Sequence record: PZ452610.1
Source of the DNA: a phage
Length of the DNA stretch: 64,000 bases
Reading direction: 5' to 3' (one strand)
In this document: positions 17,588 to 29,890 of the stretch, piece after piece
How the letters are laid out: each line of letters starts with the position of its first letter
Numbering within the stretch: the first letter of the stretch is position 1
Translations under genes and position numbers: made by a program
Notes under the pieces: generated by a model
Told to the model about the DNA's origin: nothing
The model's input: the letters and a program-made list of their open reading frames with translations, nothing else
The model's database searches: none

Positions 17588-20500
17588 CAGTAAAAGCGCC
17601 AGCAGTCACAAGTCTCAGAATATCCAAGTTGTCCGCTAACCAAGTTCAAATACGCTGGGATGACGTTGGTGCTAATTTCTACTATTTCGTAGAAATCGCT
17701 GAGACTAAAACGGCAGACGGGGAAATAATTCCCCCTGCCAGCTACAGATGGATAAATTTAGGATATACCCCTAATAACAACTGGTTCGAAAGTAGCTTAG
17801 ACCCATTAACTTCTTATATTATTCGTGTATCAACTGCCGCTGAAGGCTTCGAGAGATCTGATTGGGTATATACCGAAATATTTGAATCATTTCAGACTAA
17901 CGCGTATACATTTCAACATATGATTGAAATGCAATTGGCTAACACTTTTATTAGAGAAAAATTTACAAATAACAACATGGCTTATGTCGATTTTAATAAC
18001 GACACTATAATGGCAGCTCTAATGAATGAATCGTTCCAATTTAGCCCTGCTTATGCAGATATTTCATCTATTAAAAATTTCATTATTGGCGAAAATGAGT
18101 ATCATGAAATTCAAGGTTCGATTCAACAGGTGTGTCATGATATAAACCGTGTTTATTTGATGGAATCCGAAGGAATTCTTTATTTGTTTGAACGGTATCA
18201 GCCTGTGGTTAAAGTCTCTAATGATAAGGGACAAACCTGGAAATCGGTTAAATTGTTTAATGACCGTGTAGGGTACCCTGTATCAAGAACAGTGTATTAC
18301 CAGACAGATTACACCACGTATGTTCTTGGGTATGATAAATTATTTTACGGCCGTAAATCAACTGACGTTCGTTGGTCTGCTGATGATGTGAGATTTAGTT
18401 CTCAAGATATAACATTTGCTAAAATTGGTGACCAGTTAAATTTAGGATTTGATGTAGAAATATTTGGTAACTACGCATCATTACCTGCTAACGTGTCACG
18501 TATTGCAGAAGCTATCGTTTGCAATGACGATTATGTGTACGTCGCTGCTCGAGATAAAGTTCGTTTTATTAAAACTAGTAATGCCCCTATCGATTCAGAC
18601 CCGTTATCTCCGACGTATTCCGAACGTTTGTTTGAACAAGAAACATTTAACATCACAGGTAACCCTAAGGCAGTTTGTTATAAAATGGATTCTGTCGGCG
18701 GTAAAATATTTGCACTGATTATCGGTGAAGTTGTTAATCTTAATGACGACCCGAGGACCACTCCTATTGTTGATTCTGCTGATAAGGGTATTTACGTTCT
18801 AGACCATGATGCTGGCACATTTAAACGTGTGTTTGGTAATACTGAAGAAGAACGCCGTCGTATTGAACCTGGGTACACCAGTATGTCTACTGATGGTGTT
18901 GAGTTATCTATTTCATCTAGTAATTTTAAATTTCTAGAATCGGATATTGTTGATGACCCAAAAACGCAAATCAAGTACGGTTTAATCGGTGCTGTTAAAT
19001 ATGAGTATCCTCGCGAATGGTTGGCTGATAAACATTATCATATGATGGCATTTATTTCAACTGAAGACTCTCAATGGGAATCGTTCACTCCTCAACCGAT
19101 GGAATACTATGCTGAGCCATTCTTTAGTTATTCTAGAAAGTCTGGTACTCGTTGTTGGATTAATAACTCAGACAAGGCCGTTGTAATTTATTCTGATTTA
19201 CTTTACACTAAGGTTATTGAGAATCATCCACTTAGTTCTTCAGACCGTGAAGTTCATGAATATTGGAAGGACGGTGACTGTACAATAGTGATGCCTAACG
19301 TGGATTTCACCGGATTTAAAAAATATGCATCCGGCATGATTTTCTATAAATCATCAGGTGAGATTATTTCTTATTATGATTTTAGTTATCGTGTTAGAGA
19401 TAATGTTTCTATAATTTGGAAGCCTACTAATATATTCTTAACAGCATCATTACAAAACCAAGAAAAAGATACCACATGGACTCCTGTAGAAGAGAATGGT
19501 ATTGCAGACCCAGATTTACGTCCATTGCTCACTACAATGATGCCGGAGTCTTATCTTTTAGATAATACAAACTTTGAAGCGTTCTGCGAGGCTTATATTC
19601 AGTATCTTTCTGACGGTTATGGGACCCATTATAACAACCTTTTGAATCTTATTAAAAATCAATATCCGCGCGAAGAACATGCGTGGGAATACTTATGGTC
19701 TGAGATTTATAAACGAAACATTTACTTAAACGCCGAAAAACGCGATTTAGTGTCTCGTTTCTTTGAATCAAGAAGTTATGACTTCTATTCAACTAAAGGA
19801 ACTGAAGCATCATATAAATTCTTGTTTAAAGTGCTTTATAACGAAGATGTTGAAATTGAAATTGAATCTAGTTCCGGGACCGAATATGATATCATCATTG
19901 AATCTGATTCGTTGACAGAAGATTTGGTCGGACAAACCATATACACCGCTACAGGACGTTGTAATGTGACGTATATCGAGAGAAGTTACTCTAAAGGTAA
20001 ATTACAATGGACTGTAACAATTCACAACCTCTTAGGTCGTTTAATCCAAGGACAGGAAGTTAAAGCTGAAAGACTCCCTGGTTTTGAAGGTGAAATTGTT
20101 CGTGGTATTAAAGGTAAAGAGCTTTCTCAGAACAACATCGATTACATAAATCGTGGTAGAGCATACTACGTAATGAAGATTAAATCTAAACTTCCGTCAT
20201 CTCGTTGGAAATCAGACGTATTACGTTTTGTTCATCCGGTTGGATTTGGATTTATCGCAATTACCCTTCTCACAATGTTTATTAACACCGGATTAACACT
20301 TAAACATGTTGAAACCATTATTAATAAATACAAAAACTATAAGTGGGATTCTGGATTACCGACTAAATATGCAGACCGAGTGGCTAAATTAGACCCACAA
20401 GGAAATGTTGAGTTTGACCCTATTACAGGTAAAGCGATATATGAAATAGGCCCTATGGCTGGTCAAGATTATCCATTGCCTGAAGATTATAACGCTGAAA

Positions 20501-20682
20501 ACAATAACTCCATATTTCAAGGTCAACTTCCATCGGAACGACGTAAACTGATGAGCCCATTATTTGATGCGTCCGGAACAACATTCTCTAGATTTAGAGA
20601 TTTGGTTGAACAACGGTTAATCGATAATGTAGGAAATCCAAGAGACCCCGTGAATCCACCACAGGTTAAATTAGATGAATGA
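17584..20682 (+). CDS. 7: gp7 baseplate wedge initiator
   Basis: 1032 aa, matching T4 gp7 length; synteny. Confidence 0.9.
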   Translation: MTVKAPAVTSLRISKLSANQVQIRWDDVGANFYYFVEIAETKTADGEIIPPASYRWINLGYTPNNNWFESSLDPLTSYIIRVSTAAEGFERSDWVYTEIFESFQTNAYTFQHMIEMQLANTFIREKFTNNNMAYVDFNNDTIMAALMNESFQFSPAYADISSIKNFIIGENEYHEIQGSIQQVCHDINRVYLMESEGILYLFERYQPVVKVSNDKGQTWKSVKLFNDRVGYPVSRTVYYQTDYTTYVLGYDKLFYGRKSTDVRWSADDVRFSSQDITFAKIGDQLNLGFDVEIFGNYASLPANVSRIAEAIVCNDDYVYVAARDKVRFIKTSNAPIDSDPLSPTYSERLFEQETFNITGNPKAVCYKMDSVGGKIFALIIGEVVNLNDDPRTTPIVDSADKGIYVLDHDAGTFKRVFGNTEEERRRIEPGYTSMSTDGVELSISSSNFKFLESDIVDDPKTQIKYGLIGAVKYEYPREWLADKHYHMMAFISTEDSQWESFTPQPMEYYAEPFFSYSRKSGTRCWINNSDKAVVIYSDLLYTKVIENHPLSSSDREVHEYWKDGDCTIVMPNVDFTGFKKYASGMIFYKSSGEIISYYDFSYRVRDNVSIIWKPTNIFLTASLQNQEKDTTWTPVEENGIADPDLRPLLTTMMPESYLLDNTNFEAFCEAYIQYLSDGYGTHYNNLLNLIKNQYPREEHAWEYLWSEIYKRNIYLNAEKRDLVSRFFESRSYDFYSTKGTEASYKFLFKVLYNEDVEIEIESSSGTEYDIIIESDSLTEDLVGQTIYTATGRCNVTYIERSYSKGKLQWTVTIHNLLGRLIQGQEVKAERLPGFEGEIVRGIKGKELSQNNIDYINRGRAYYVMKIKSKLPSSRWKSDVLRFVHPVGFGFIAITLLTMFINTGLTLKHVETIINKYKNYKWDSGLPTKYADRVAKLDPQGNVEFDPITGKAIYEIGPMAGQDYPLPEDYNAENNNSIFQGQLPSERRKLMSPLFDASGTTFSRFRDLVEQRLIDNVGNPRDPVNPPQVKLDE

Positions 20683-21679
20683 TTCAAGTGTTATCTATCG
20701 TGCAATAGTTACATCAAAATTTAGAACAGAGAAAATGCTGAATTTTTATAATTCAGTTGGGGATGGAGATGATAAGAACTCCATTTATATTACGTTTGGA
20801 CGTTCAGAGCCTTGGGCGTCAAATGAAAATGAGGTGGGCTTCGCCCCACCTTATCCTACAGATTCTGTTCTTGGTGTTACTGATATGTGGACCCATATGA
20901 TGGGTACCGTTAAAGTTTTACCTTCAATGTTAGATTCTGTTATTCCTAGACGTGATTGGGGAGATGTGCGATATCCAGACCCTTACACGTTTAGAATTAA
21001 CGATATAGTCGCATGTAATACTGCTCCGTACAACGCGACAGAAGTTGGAGCTGGTTGGTTAATTTACCGTTGTTTAGATGTCCCTGACGTAGGGCTCTGT
21101 TCAATAGAATCTTTAGATAATAAAGATGAATGTCTTAAATTAGGTGGTAAATGGACTCCGTCTGTTCGTTCTATGTCTCCTCCTGAAGGCAGAGGCGATG
21201 CTAATGGGGTCATCGAAACAGGTGATGGATATATTTGGGAATATCTTTATGAGATTCCTGCTGATGTGTCAATTAACCGTTGCACTAACGAATATCTTGT
21301 AGTTCCATGGCCGGAAGAAATTAAAGAAGACCCCACCCGTTGGGGATATGAAAATAACTTAACTTGGCAACAAGATGACTACGGTTTGATTTACCGTGTT
21401 AAAGCTAATACGATGCGGTTTAAAGCATATTTTGATTCTGTTTATTTCCCTGAGGCAGCTTTGCCTGGTAACAAGGGTTTTAGACAGATATCAATTATCG
21501 CAAACCCGTTAGAAGCTAAGAAAAATCCAAATGACCCTAATGTTAAAGCAGAAAAGGATTATTACGACCCTAGAGACCTGCAACGTCATTCCGGTGAAAT
21601 GATTTATATGGAAAACCGACCACCTGTTATTATGGCAATGGACCAAACAGAAGAAATTAACATTTTGTTTATGTTTTAA
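20675..21679 (+). CDS. 8: gp8 baseplate wedge subunit
   Basis: 334 aa as T4 gp8; overlaps gp7 stop. Confidence 0.9.
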   Translation: MNDSSVIYRAIVTSKFRTEKMLNFYNSVGDGDDKNSIYITFGRSEPWASNENEVGFAPPYPTDSVLGVTDMWTHMMGTVKVLPSMLDSVIPRRDWGDVRYPDPYTFRINDIVACNTAPYNATEVGAGWLIYRCLDVPDVGLCSIESLDNKDECLKLGGKWTPSVRSMSPPEGRGDANGVIETGDGYIWEYLYEIPADVSINRCTNEYLVVPWPEEIKEDPTRWGYENNLTWQQDDYGLIYRVKANTMRFKAYFDSVYFPEAALPGNKGFRQISIIANPLEAKKNPNDPNVKAEKDYYDPRDLQRHSGEMIYMENRPPVIMAMDQTEEINILFMF

Positions 21680-21682
21680 TTA

Positions 21683-21706
21683 GGGAGCCTTCGGGCTCCC
21701 ATTTTT
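21683..21706 (+). terminator. rho-independent terminator after gene 8
   Basis: GGGAGCC-ttcg-GGCTCCC followed by ATTTTT. Confidence 0.7.
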
Positions 21707-21711
21707 GTATC

Positions 21712-21719
21712 TATAAATA
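21712..21719 (+). promoter_or_regulatory. late promoter TATAAATA (gene 9)
   Basis: Exact TATAAATA 33 nt upstream of gp9 ATG. Confidence 0.6.
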
Positions 21720-21751
21720 GAATATAATATCGGACAACAAAAGGCAGAATT

Positions 21752-22624
21752 ATGGCATTTTTTAAGCAAACTCCTAAACAATTAATCGATACCGGCGAAA
21801 TTGGTAATGCCTCAACAGGTGATATCTTATTCGACGGTGGTAATAAAATAAATGACGATATCAACGCTATTTACAATGCATTTGGCGATCAACGTAAAAT
21901 GGCCGTAGCAGATGGAACCGGACCTACAGGTCAAACTATTCATGCCACAGGTTATTATCAAAAAGGAAAGGCAGCCGATTATCAAACTCCTATTAAACCC
22001 GGCACCATGCATGATATTGATGCTTCTGATGGCGGTGTGATTGTTATTATTGACCGTCCTGAATTAGGTGACTCTGTAGAATTCATAAACTCTAATGGGT
22101 CTATTTCTGTTAACAATCCTTTAAGTATCCAAGTAACTGATGGTTCGATTAAAGGTGTTCTTAATAATCTTGTTATTTCCACCCCTTATACCCATGTTGT
22201 TCTTCGTTGTGTTGAACTTAATGGGCCAACTTCAGTATGGAATTATTCTACTGATAGCATGTTTGGGCAGAAAGAATCTCCTGTCGATGGGACTTGGAGT
22301 CTTACAGGAAACACAGTTTCTATTCCTCTGTTTTATCGCACGGATTATAACATGGCCAAATTGCTTGTTACATGCCAATCCGCCGACGGTAGAAAAATAA
22401 AAACATGCGAAATAAATATTCTAATAGATACAATTAACTCAGAAGTTCTTTCTACCGAATTTGCAGTAATGCGAGTTGGTAATGTAGATGAAACCGACGA
22501 GATTGCTAATATTAGCTTTAGTATTATTAACAACTTTGCTACTATGACGATTACATCCGATATTATTGGATTACGTTCGGCAGTTAAAATTATCTCAACT
22601 CAGAAAATTGGGGTCGCTCAATAA
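21752..22624 (+). CDS. 9: gp9 baseplate wedge tail-fibre connector
   Basis: 290 aa (T4 288); synteny. Confidence 0.9.
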   Translation: MAFFKQTPKQLIDTGEIGNASTGDILFDGGNKINDDINAIYNAFGDQRKMAVADGTGPTGQTIHATGYYQKGKAADYQTPIKPGTMHDIDASDGGVIVIIDRPELGDSVEFINSNGSISVNNPLSIQVTDGSIKGVLNNLVISTPYTHVVLRCVELNGPTSVWNYSTDSMFGQKESPVDGTWSLTGNTVSIPLFYRTDYNMAKLLVTCQSADGRKIKTCEINILIDTINSEVLSTEFAVMRVGNVDETDEIANISFSIINNFATMTITSDIIGLRSAVKIISTQKIGVAQ

Positions 22625-24429
22625 TGAAACAAAATATTAAAATTGGTAACGTCGTTGATGACGGACAAGGCGATTACCTTCGTCGAGGTGGTGAAAAAAT
22701 AAATGAGAACTTTGACGAAATCTATTATGAATTAGGTGATGGTGAAGTTCCTTATGCAGCTGGTGCATGGAAGACTTATGATGCGGCTGATGGTCTTAAT
22801 CTTAAGGCTGCTTGGGGTAAATCTTATGCAATTAATACTACTTCTGGGCGAGTTTCGGTAAATCTTCCTAAAGGGACAATTGCAGACTATAATAAAGTTA
22901 TTCGTGCTCGTGACGTATTTGCAACTTGGAACATTAACCCTGTTACTTTAATTCCGGCAAACGGAGACACGATTAAAGGTTCTTCATCTCCGGTAGAAAT
23001 TAACGTTCAGTTCTCTGATTTAGAATTAGTTTATTGTGCTCCTGGACGTTGGGAATACATCAAGAACAAACAAATTGATAAAATAGTTAGCTCTGACATT
23101 AGTAATGTTGCTCGTAGAGAATATCTTGTTGAAACCCAAGGTCAGACCGATTTCATGGATGTTTTTAACGGGACCTCTTATAACGTTAACAACATTCGCG
23201 TAAAACATCGTGGCAACGAATTGTATTATGGTGATGTATTCAGTGATAATAGTGATTTTGGTTCTCCGGGCGCTAATCCTGGTGAACTGGTTGCACTCGA
23301 TGGATTTAATATTAGATTACGCCAACCATGTAATGTTGGGGACACTGTACAAATTGAGACATTCCTAGACGGTGTTTCTCAGTGGCGTAGTTCATATACT
23401 CGTCGCCAAGTTCGCATTTTAGATAGTAAATTGACTGCTAAAAAGTCTATTGACGGAAGTATTTACGTCACTGATTTGAGTACGTTCAGGTCTATTCCAT
23501 TTACAGCATTTGGTATTAATCCTACGGAACCACCTAACCCGAATTCATTAGAAGTTCGCTTCAATGGTATTCTCCAAGAATTAGCTGGTACTGTTGGAAC
23601 TCCTATTTTCCGTTGTGAAGGTGTGGATGCTGATTCTGAAGAGTCATGCGCTAATCTCGGTGGGACATGGACTCAATCGTATACAGATTATGCGATTGAA
23701 TATACTGATAATATCCCTAGCGCAATTCTGTTTGACCGTCAATTTGAAGACCAAGACATTATTACCATAACATGGTTTAATAACGATTTAGGAACTCTTC
23801 TTGAAATGGAAGAAATTCTTGATGTCGCTGATGAGAAATATGTTTCTCAAGGGTCTAACATTGAAATTACTGGTGACGTTGCATTAACCGATTTCGATAA
23901 AATTGGATGGCCTAATGTAGAACCTGTTCCTAAGTATGAACGTGAATTCTCGACTATCTCAGCAATATTTGACACAATTTATCCTGTTGGGACTATTTAC
24001 GAAAATGCTGTTAACCCTAATAATCCGGCCACTTATTTAGGTTTTGGTTCATGGAAAATTTGGGGGCAAGGCAAAGTATTAGCAGGTTGGAATGACGACG
24101 CGTCGGATCCTAATTTTGCATTAAATAATAATGACCTTGACGTCAATGGTAACCCTACTCATACCGCAGGTGGTACCGTTGGTGTAACAACCATCACATT
24201 AGAAAATGCTGATTTACCGGCTACACAAACCGATGAAAAGGTTCTTATTTCTGATGATAATGGTACAGTAATTATAGGCGGCTGCCAATATGACCCGGAT
24301 GAAGAAGGTCCTATTTACACTAAATATCGTGAAGACCATGCAAAGACTAATGGATCTCATGTTCCAGCGCGTTCTATAACTAATATTCAGCCATCTATAA
24401 CTGTATACCGTTGGGTAAGGATTGCATAA
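22624..24429 (+). CDS. 10: gp10 baseplate wedge subunit / tail pin
   Basis: 601 aa (T4 602). Confidence 0.9.
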   Translation: MKQNIKIGNVVDDGQGDYLRRGGEKINENFDEIYYELGDGEVPYAAGAWKTYDAADGLNLKAAWGKSYAINTTSGRVSVNLPKGTIADYNKVIRARDVFATWNINPVTLIPANGDTIKGSSSPVEINVQFSDLELVYCAPGRWEYIKNKQIDKIVSSDISNVARREYLVETQGQTDFMDVFNGTSYNVNNIRVKHRGNELYYGDVFSDNSDFGSPGANPGELVALDGFNIRLRQPCNVGDTVQIETFLDGVSQWRSSYTRRQVRILDSKLTAKKSIDGSIYVTDLSTFRSIPFTAFGINPTEPPNPNSLEVRFNGILQELAGTVGTPIFRCEGVDADSEESCANLGGTWTQSYTDYAIEYTDNIPSAILFDRQFEDQDIITITWFNNDLGTLLEMEEILDVADEKYVSQGSNIEITGDVALTDFDKIGWPNVEPVPKYEREFSTISAIFDTIYPVGTIYENAVNPNNPATYLGFGSWKIWGQGKVLAGWNDDASDPNFALNNNDLDVNGNPTHTAGGTVGVTTITLENADLPATQTDEKVLISDDNGTVIIGGCQYDPDEEGPIYTKYREDHAKTNGSHVPARSITNIQPSITVYRWVRIA

Positions 24430-25088
24430 TGACTGTACTTAATACAAAGGCGGGAGTTATTTCCCGTCATGCTGATTTTTTGAATTACAGAAAAAATCCA
24501 GATCAAATTGATGTTTTAAACAACCAAGCTGTAGGTTCCGTGACTATTTCTCAGTTAGCTCGCGGTTTTTATGATGCTAACGTAGAATCTGCAATAAATG
24601 ATGTCCATAATATGGCACGAGCTGATATTGGTACTGTTGTCACAAACACTTCAGGCGTATCGCCTGAAGGTACAGCACAAGTTGATTATTGGACTTTTTC
24701 TGGTGATGTTCTCGACGATACTTTGGCCCCTGGAACGCCGGTCGTTATTAACGTATTTGGACTTGCTGTTAAAGCAACAATCGGTATGACTGATAACGAA
24801 TTAACGGCACAAGTTCGTATAGCTTTACAAGAAGCCATTGCTAATCAAATCGCTATTTCTTCTTATAAAGACCATCCGTCCGAAGGTAATAAACTTCAGG
24901 TGACATATTTAGATAACCAACGTCATGTGTTGCCAACATATGCTTCGTTTGGTGTAACAATTTCGCAAGAAATTTTGTCTGAAGCAAAATCCGGATACGG
25001 AACATGGAATTTACTGGGTGCCCAAACGGTTACTCTTGATAACCATAATACTCCTACCGTTTTCTACCACTTTGTGAGAGCCTCATGA
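24429..25088 (+). CDS. 11: gp11 baseplate wedge subunit / tail pin
   Basis: Preferred ATG 24429 overlapping gp10 stop (TAATG) gives 219 aa as in T4. Confidence 0.9.
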   Translation: MTVLNTKAGVISRHADFLNYRKNPDQIDVLNNQAVGSVTISQLARGFYDANVESAINDVHNMARADIGTVVTNTSGVSPEGTAQVDYWTFSGDVLDDTLAPGTPVVINVFGLAVKATIGMTDNELTAQVRIALQEAIANQIAISSYKDHPSEGNKLQVTYLDNQRHVLPTYASFGVTISQEILSEAKSGYGTWNLLGAQTVTLDNHNTPTVFYHFVRAS

Positions 25089-26668
25089 GTAATAACAATA
25101 CATACCAACACGTTTCAAACGAATCCATTTACGTTGAATTCGACCCTACGGGGTCGAATTTTCCAGATACAGTCACTAATGTCCAAGCCGCATTAGCTGC
25201 TATTTCTCCTTCAGGTGTTAATGGTGTACCGGAAGCAACAACTACTACACCAGGAATTATTCAAATAGCTACTCCACAAGAAGTTATTGATGGACTAGAT
25301 AATAGTAAAGCTGTTACTCCGGCATCACTGAATGCTCGTCTACAATATCCTAATGCAACCGAAACTCAATATGGCTTAACTCGTTATGCTACTGAAGATG
25401 AAGCAGTAACAGGAACTATTGACGATGCATCAATTACTCCGCTTAAATTGAATCAAAAAATAGACAATGTATTCCAGACAAAAGTGTCAACAGAAGCATC
25501 AAATGGTGTAATTAAAATTTCGACTTCTGCTGCGGCATTAGCCGGTTCTGACGATACGACGGCAATGACTCCGTTAAAAACGCAACAATTGGCAATTAAA
25601 CTTATTTCGCAAATTGCTCCAAATAATAGTGACGCCACTGAATCTATTACCGGTGTTGTTCGTTTGGCTACAGTTGCTCAAGCGCAACAAGGCACCCTGC
25701 GTGAAGGCTATGCAATTTCACCTTATACCTTTATGAATTCAGTAGCATCAGAAACTAATAAAGGTGTCGTTAAACTAGGGACACAGACTGAAGTAAATAG
25801 TAACAACTCTTCAGTTGTAGTGACCGGCGCAACATTAAACGGGCGTGGGGCTACAACTTCTTTACGTGGAGTTGTTCGTTTAACTACACAAGCTGGTAGC
25901 CAATCAGGTGGTGATGGTTCTTCTGCCCTTGCTTGGAATGCTGATGTTATCCACCAACGAGGCGGACAAACTATTAATGGCACGCTTCGCATTAATAATA
26001 CGTTGACTGTTGGTTCTGGTGGCGCTAATATAACGGGTAATGTCAATATGACCGGTGGTTATATTCAAGGCAATCGTATTGTGACTCAAAATGAATTAGA
26101 CCGAATTCTCCCAGTTGGCGCTATTACAATGTGGGCTGCAGATAGTTTACCGAGTTCTGACTGGCGCTTCTGTCACGGTGGGACCGTTTCTGCTTCAGAA
26201 TGTCCGGTATATGCTTCCAGAATTGGGACACGATATGGCGGTAGTTCTTCTAACCCAGGCTTGCCTGATATGCGTGGATTATTTGTTCGCGGCTCAGGTC
26301 GTGGCTCTCACTTAACAAATCCAAATGTTAATGGTAATGACCAGTTTGGTAAGCCTAGATTAGGTGTAGGTTGTACCGGTGGATATGTCGGTGAAGTGCA
26401 AAAACAACAGATGTCATATCATAAGCATGCTGGCGGTTTTGGTGAACATGATGATTCTGGAGCATTCGGTAATACCCGTAGATCAAATTTTGTTGGTACA
26501 CGTAAAGGACTTGACTGGGATAACCGTTCATACTTCACCAATGACGGATATGAAATTGACCCGGCATCACAACGAAATTCCAAATATACATTAAATCGTC
26601 CTGAATTAATTGGAAATGAAACACGTCCATGGAACATTTCTTTAAACTATATCATTAAGGTAAAATAA
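25085..26668 (+). CDS. 12: gp12 short tail fibre
   Basis: 527 aa, identical length to T4 gp12. Confidence 0.9.
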   Translation: MSNNNTYQHVSNESIYVEFDPTGSNFPDTVTNVQAALAAISPSGVNGVPEATTTTPGIIQIATPQEVIDGLDNSKAVTPASLNARLQYPNATETQYGLTRYATEDEAVTGTIDDASITPLKLNQKIDNVFQTKVSTEASNGVIKISTSAAALAGSDDTTAMTPLKTQQLAIKLISQIAPNNSDATESITGVVRLATVAQAQQGTLREGYAISPYTFMNSVASETNKGVVKLGTQTEVNSNNSSVVVTGATLNGRGATTSLRGVVRLTTQAGSQSGGDGSSALAWNADVIHQRGGQTINGTLRINNTLTVGSGGANITGNVNMTGGYIQGNRIVTQNELDRILPVGAITMWAADSLPSSDWRFCHGGTVSASECPVYASRIGTRYGGSSSNPGLPDMRGLFVRGSGRGSHLTNPNVNGNDQFGKPRLGVGCTGGYVGEVQKQQMSYHKHAGGFGEHDDSGAFGNTRRSNFVGTRKGLDWDNRSYFTNDGYEIDPASQRNSKYTLNRPELIGNETRPWNISLNYIIKVK

Positions 26669-28116
26669 TGGCTGATATAACTCTGGTAGATTTACCATAT
26701 GTTGACGGCCCGCCAGACGCGGGTCAGAGTCGTATTGAATGGATTAAAAACGATGAAGAAATAACAGGTGCTGACACAAAATACGGTTCTGAAGGTGTAA
26801 TGAACCGTCCTATTGTTGAAGTTCAACGTAACGTAGAAGCGTTAGATGTTAATATTAAAACTATAGCATCTTCTTTGAATACGGCCAATGAAGATATCAA
26901 AGCTATTCAAGGTATTTTAGATGTTTCTGGGGATGTTGATGCTCTTGCACAGATAGGCCAGAACACCCAAGATATTGATGTCATTAAAGTCACAGTTCAA
27001 ACCCATGCTAGTGAATTGAATGATTTGAATGAACATATTGATGCGAATACTGATGATATTGGTGTTTATAATCAGGAAAAAGATTCAGTTTATAGAACGG
27101 TTCGTAACGACCTGCTTTGGATTAAAAATGAATTAGGACAATATACTGGTCAAGATATTAATGGGGTTCCTACTCCAGGAAATGATAGCACTGGTATGAA
27201 ACGCCGTATTATGACTAATAGCTCCGTAATTGTTGACCACGGTGTTCGATTAACTGATCTAGAAACTAAATTTGCTGATTCTGACGTCGGCTCTTTAACT
27301 ACTGAAGTCGAACACTTGCGCGAAGAAATGGGACCTCGCACTTCTTTCACTACTCCAGTGTTTAGTCGTCTTTCCAGTATTGATTTAACTTTGTCGCGTC
27401 AAAATGCTGACTTGGATGGCATTAAACAGTCTATTGGGTATCCTAATACGACTTCTATTATTACTACCACTAATGCAAATAGTTCAGCAATAAACGACAT
27501 TAATCTTGAGCTCAATCAATCAGGTGGTATTAAACCTCGTTTGACTACAGTAGAAACTGCCATTGGCGCTGATGATTTGCCTACTACAATCCAAGGACGT
27601 ATTAAACTCAATACTGATGCTATCGGAGCATTGAACACTGTTGTCGGCTCTGATTCTTCGTCAGGACTGCGTTTTAATGTGTCATGGTTAAATAACGTAG
27701 TTGGTGTTGACGCTTCAGGCGGAAAACCGGAACCAGACGGCTCTTTGCTTTATCGTACTCGAGAGCTTGAAGGAACTATCAGTGGGATGAGTAATGACAT
27801 TCAGAACATTCAAACTGATGTTGGGACTACTTCCACAGGAATTAAGGGTTCTGTAAACACATTAAATACTCTTATAAATGGCACCAACCCAAATGGTTCG
27901 ACTGTTGAAGAACGCGGTATATTGCCTACAGTTAAAAGTCATGATACGACAATTAATGGTTTAACTTCTAGAATTGCTACTCTTGAAACTGACTTGGCCG
28001 CTGCAGAAGCTGAAATCCAAACTCTTAAGGACGCTGGATATATTGAAGATGCTCCTTCAGACGGTAAATTCTATGTTCGCAAAGATGGTGCATGGGTTGA
28101 ACTTCCTACAGCTTAA
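26668..28116 (+). CDS. wac: fibritin (whisker antigen control, Wac)
   Basis: 482 aa coiled coil ending in foldon-like GYIEDAPSDGKFYVRKDGAWVELPTA. Confidence 0.95.
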   Translation: MADITLVDLPYVDGPPDAGQSRIEWIKNDEEITGADTKYGSEGVMNRPIVEVQRNVEALDVNIKTIASSLNTANEDIKAIQGILDVSGDVDALAQIGQNTQDIDVIKVTVQTHASELNDLNEHIDANTDDIGVYNQEKDSVYRTVRNDLLWIKNELGQYTGQDINGVPTPGNDSTGMKRRIMTNSSVIVDHGVRLTDLETKFADSDVGSLTTEVEHLREEMGPRTSFTTPVFSRLSSIDLTLSRQNADLDGIKQSIGYPNTTSIITTTNANSSAINDINLELNQSGGIKPRLTTVETAIGADDLPTTIQGRIKLNTDAIGALNTVVGSDSSSGLRFNVSWLNNVVGVDASGGKPEPDGSLLYRTRELEGTISGMSNDIQNIQTDVGTTSTGIKGSVNTLNTLINGTNPNGSTVEERGILPTVKSHDTTINGLTSRIATLETDLAAAEAEIQTLKDAGYIEDAPSDGKFYVRKDGAWVELPTA

Positions 28117-28148
28117 TGAAAAGGGCCTTCGGGCCCTAAAGGATTTAT

Positions 28149-29075
28149 ATGTCAGGTTATAATGCACAAAACCCTAAAGAATTAAAGGATGTAATATTAC
28201 GTCGTTTAGGCGCTCCTATTGTAAATGTTGAATTAACTACGGACCAAATTTATGATTGTATTTCACGAGCGTTAGAACTTTATGGCGAATACCATTTTGA
28301 CGGGTTGAATAAAGGTTTCCATGTATTTTTTGTTGATGACGAAGAAAAATACCGTCACGGCGTATTTGATATGCGTGGTTCTAATGTATTTGCCGTAACA
28401 AGAATTATAAGAACAAATGTTGGCTCTATTACTTCAATGGATGGTAATGCAACTTATCCATGGTTCACCGATTTCCTTTTAGGAATGGCTGGTGTTTCAG
28501 GTGGTATGGGTAGTAATTGTGGTAAATTCTACGGTCCGAACGCTTTTGGCGCTGACCTCGGGTATTATTCTCAATTAGTATCTTATATGGGTATGCTTCA
28601 AGATATGATTGCTCCTCTTCCAGATTTTTGGTTTAACTCTGCAAACGAGCAATTAAAAGTAATGGGTAACTTTAGACAAAAAGATGTCATTATCGTTGAA
28701 TCGTATGTTCGCTCTTATATCGAGACCCATAAGATGGTAGGAAATACAGTAGGGTACGGACAGGTCGGTCCTCGTGATTCATGGTCTATTTCTGAACGTT
28801 ATGATAATCCAGACCATAATTTGGTCGGACGTCGAGTTGGTGAAGATCCTGCAACTAAACAAGGCGCATATAACAACCGCTGGGTTAAAGATTATGCAAC
28901 TGCATTAGCTAAAGAGCTTAATGGACAAATTCTTGCTAAACATCAAGGTATGATGTTACCGGGTGGCGTCACTGTTGATGGTGTTCGATTAATTGAAGAA
29001 GCTCGTTTAGAGAAAGAAGCTTTACGAGAAGAGTTATATTTACTGGACCCTCCTGCAGGTATTTTGGTAGGTTAA
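28149..29075 (+). CDS. 13: gp13 neck protein
   Basis: 308 aa (T4 309); synteny. Confidence 0.9.
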   Translation: MSGYNAQNPKELKDVILRRLGAPIVNVELTTDQIYDCISRALELYGEYHFDGLNKGFHVFFVDDEEKYRHGVFDMRGSNVFAVTRIIRTNVGSITSMDGNATYPWFTDFLLGMAGVSGGMGSNCGKFYGPNAFGADLGYYSQLVSYMGMLQDMIAPLPDFWFNSANEQLKVMGNFRQKDVIIVESYVRSYIETHKMVGNTVGYGQVGPRDSWSISERYDNPDHNLVGRRVGEDPATKQGAYNNRWVKDYATALAKELNGQILAKHQGMMLPGGVTVDGVRLIEEARLEKEALREELYLLDPPAGILVG

Positions 29076-29076
29076 T

Positions 29077-29841
29077 ATGGCAACTTATGATAAAAATCTT
29101 TTCGCCAAACTAGAAAATCGTGGTGGGTATTCTAAAACTAATGAAACCGAGATTTTAAACAAATATGTGAATTTTAATAATTACGAGAATAGTCAGACAT
29201 TAGCTGATGTTCTAGTGGCAGAAAGCATACAGATGCGCGGTATTGAATGTTTTTATGTTCCACGTGAATATGTTGCCGTGGACCTTATCTTTGGTGAGGA
29301 CCTTAAAAATAAATTTACTAAAGCATGGAAATTTGCTGCATATCTGAACTCTTTTGAAGGTTATGAAGGAGCGAAATCGTTCTTCAGCAACTTCGGAATG
29401 CAAGTTCAAGACGAAGTTACATTATCTATTAACCCAGGTCTTTTCAAACACCAGGTCAACAATCAGGAGCCCAAGGAAGGTGATTTAATATACTTCCCAA
29501 TGGACAACAGTTTGTTTGAGATTAACTGGGTTGAACCATATGACCCATTCTATCAAGTAGGTAAAAATGCGATTCGTAAAATTACTGCAGGCAAGTTTAT
29601 TTACTCTGGCGAAGAAATCAATCCGGTGCTTCAGAAAAATGAAGGTATCAATATACCTGAATTTAGTGACTTGGAACTTAACCCTGTTAGAAATCTTGAC
29701 GGTATCCATGACATTAATATCGATGAATATTCTGAAGTTGAGCAAATCAATTCAGAGGCAAGTGAATACGTTGAGCCGTATGTAGTAGTTAACAACCGTG
29801 GTAGACAAAATTCACCATTTGACGATGGGTTTATGAATTAA
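29077..29841 (+). CDS. 14: gp14 neck protein
   Basis: 254 aa (T4 256). Confidence 0.9.
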   Translation: MATYDKNLFAKLENRGGYSKTNETEILNKYVNFNNYENSQTLADVLVAESIQMRGIECFYVPREYVAVDLIFGEDLKNKFTKAWKFAAYLNSFEGYEGAKSFFSNFGMQVQDEVTLSINPGLFKHQVNNQEPKEGDLIYFPMDNSLFEINWVEPYDPFYQVGKNAIRKITAGKFIYSGEEINPVLQKNEGINIPEFSDLELNPVRNLDGIHDINIDEYSEVEQINSEASEYVEPYVVVNNRGRQNSPFDDGFMN

Positions 29842-29890
29842 TAAATAGATAAGATAAAGCAAACACCGGTCGAAAGGCCGGTTAGGAGAA

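Noticed and set aside
25723-26046. Minus-strand ORFs inside gene 12 (short tail fibre)
   Set aside because: Antisense shadow frames of a conserved structural gene; no independent start signals.
28113-28126. Hairpin GGGCC-ttcg-GGCCC after wac as terminator
   Set aside because: No downstream T-run on either strand; more likely an RNA-stabilising hairpin, not listed as terminator.
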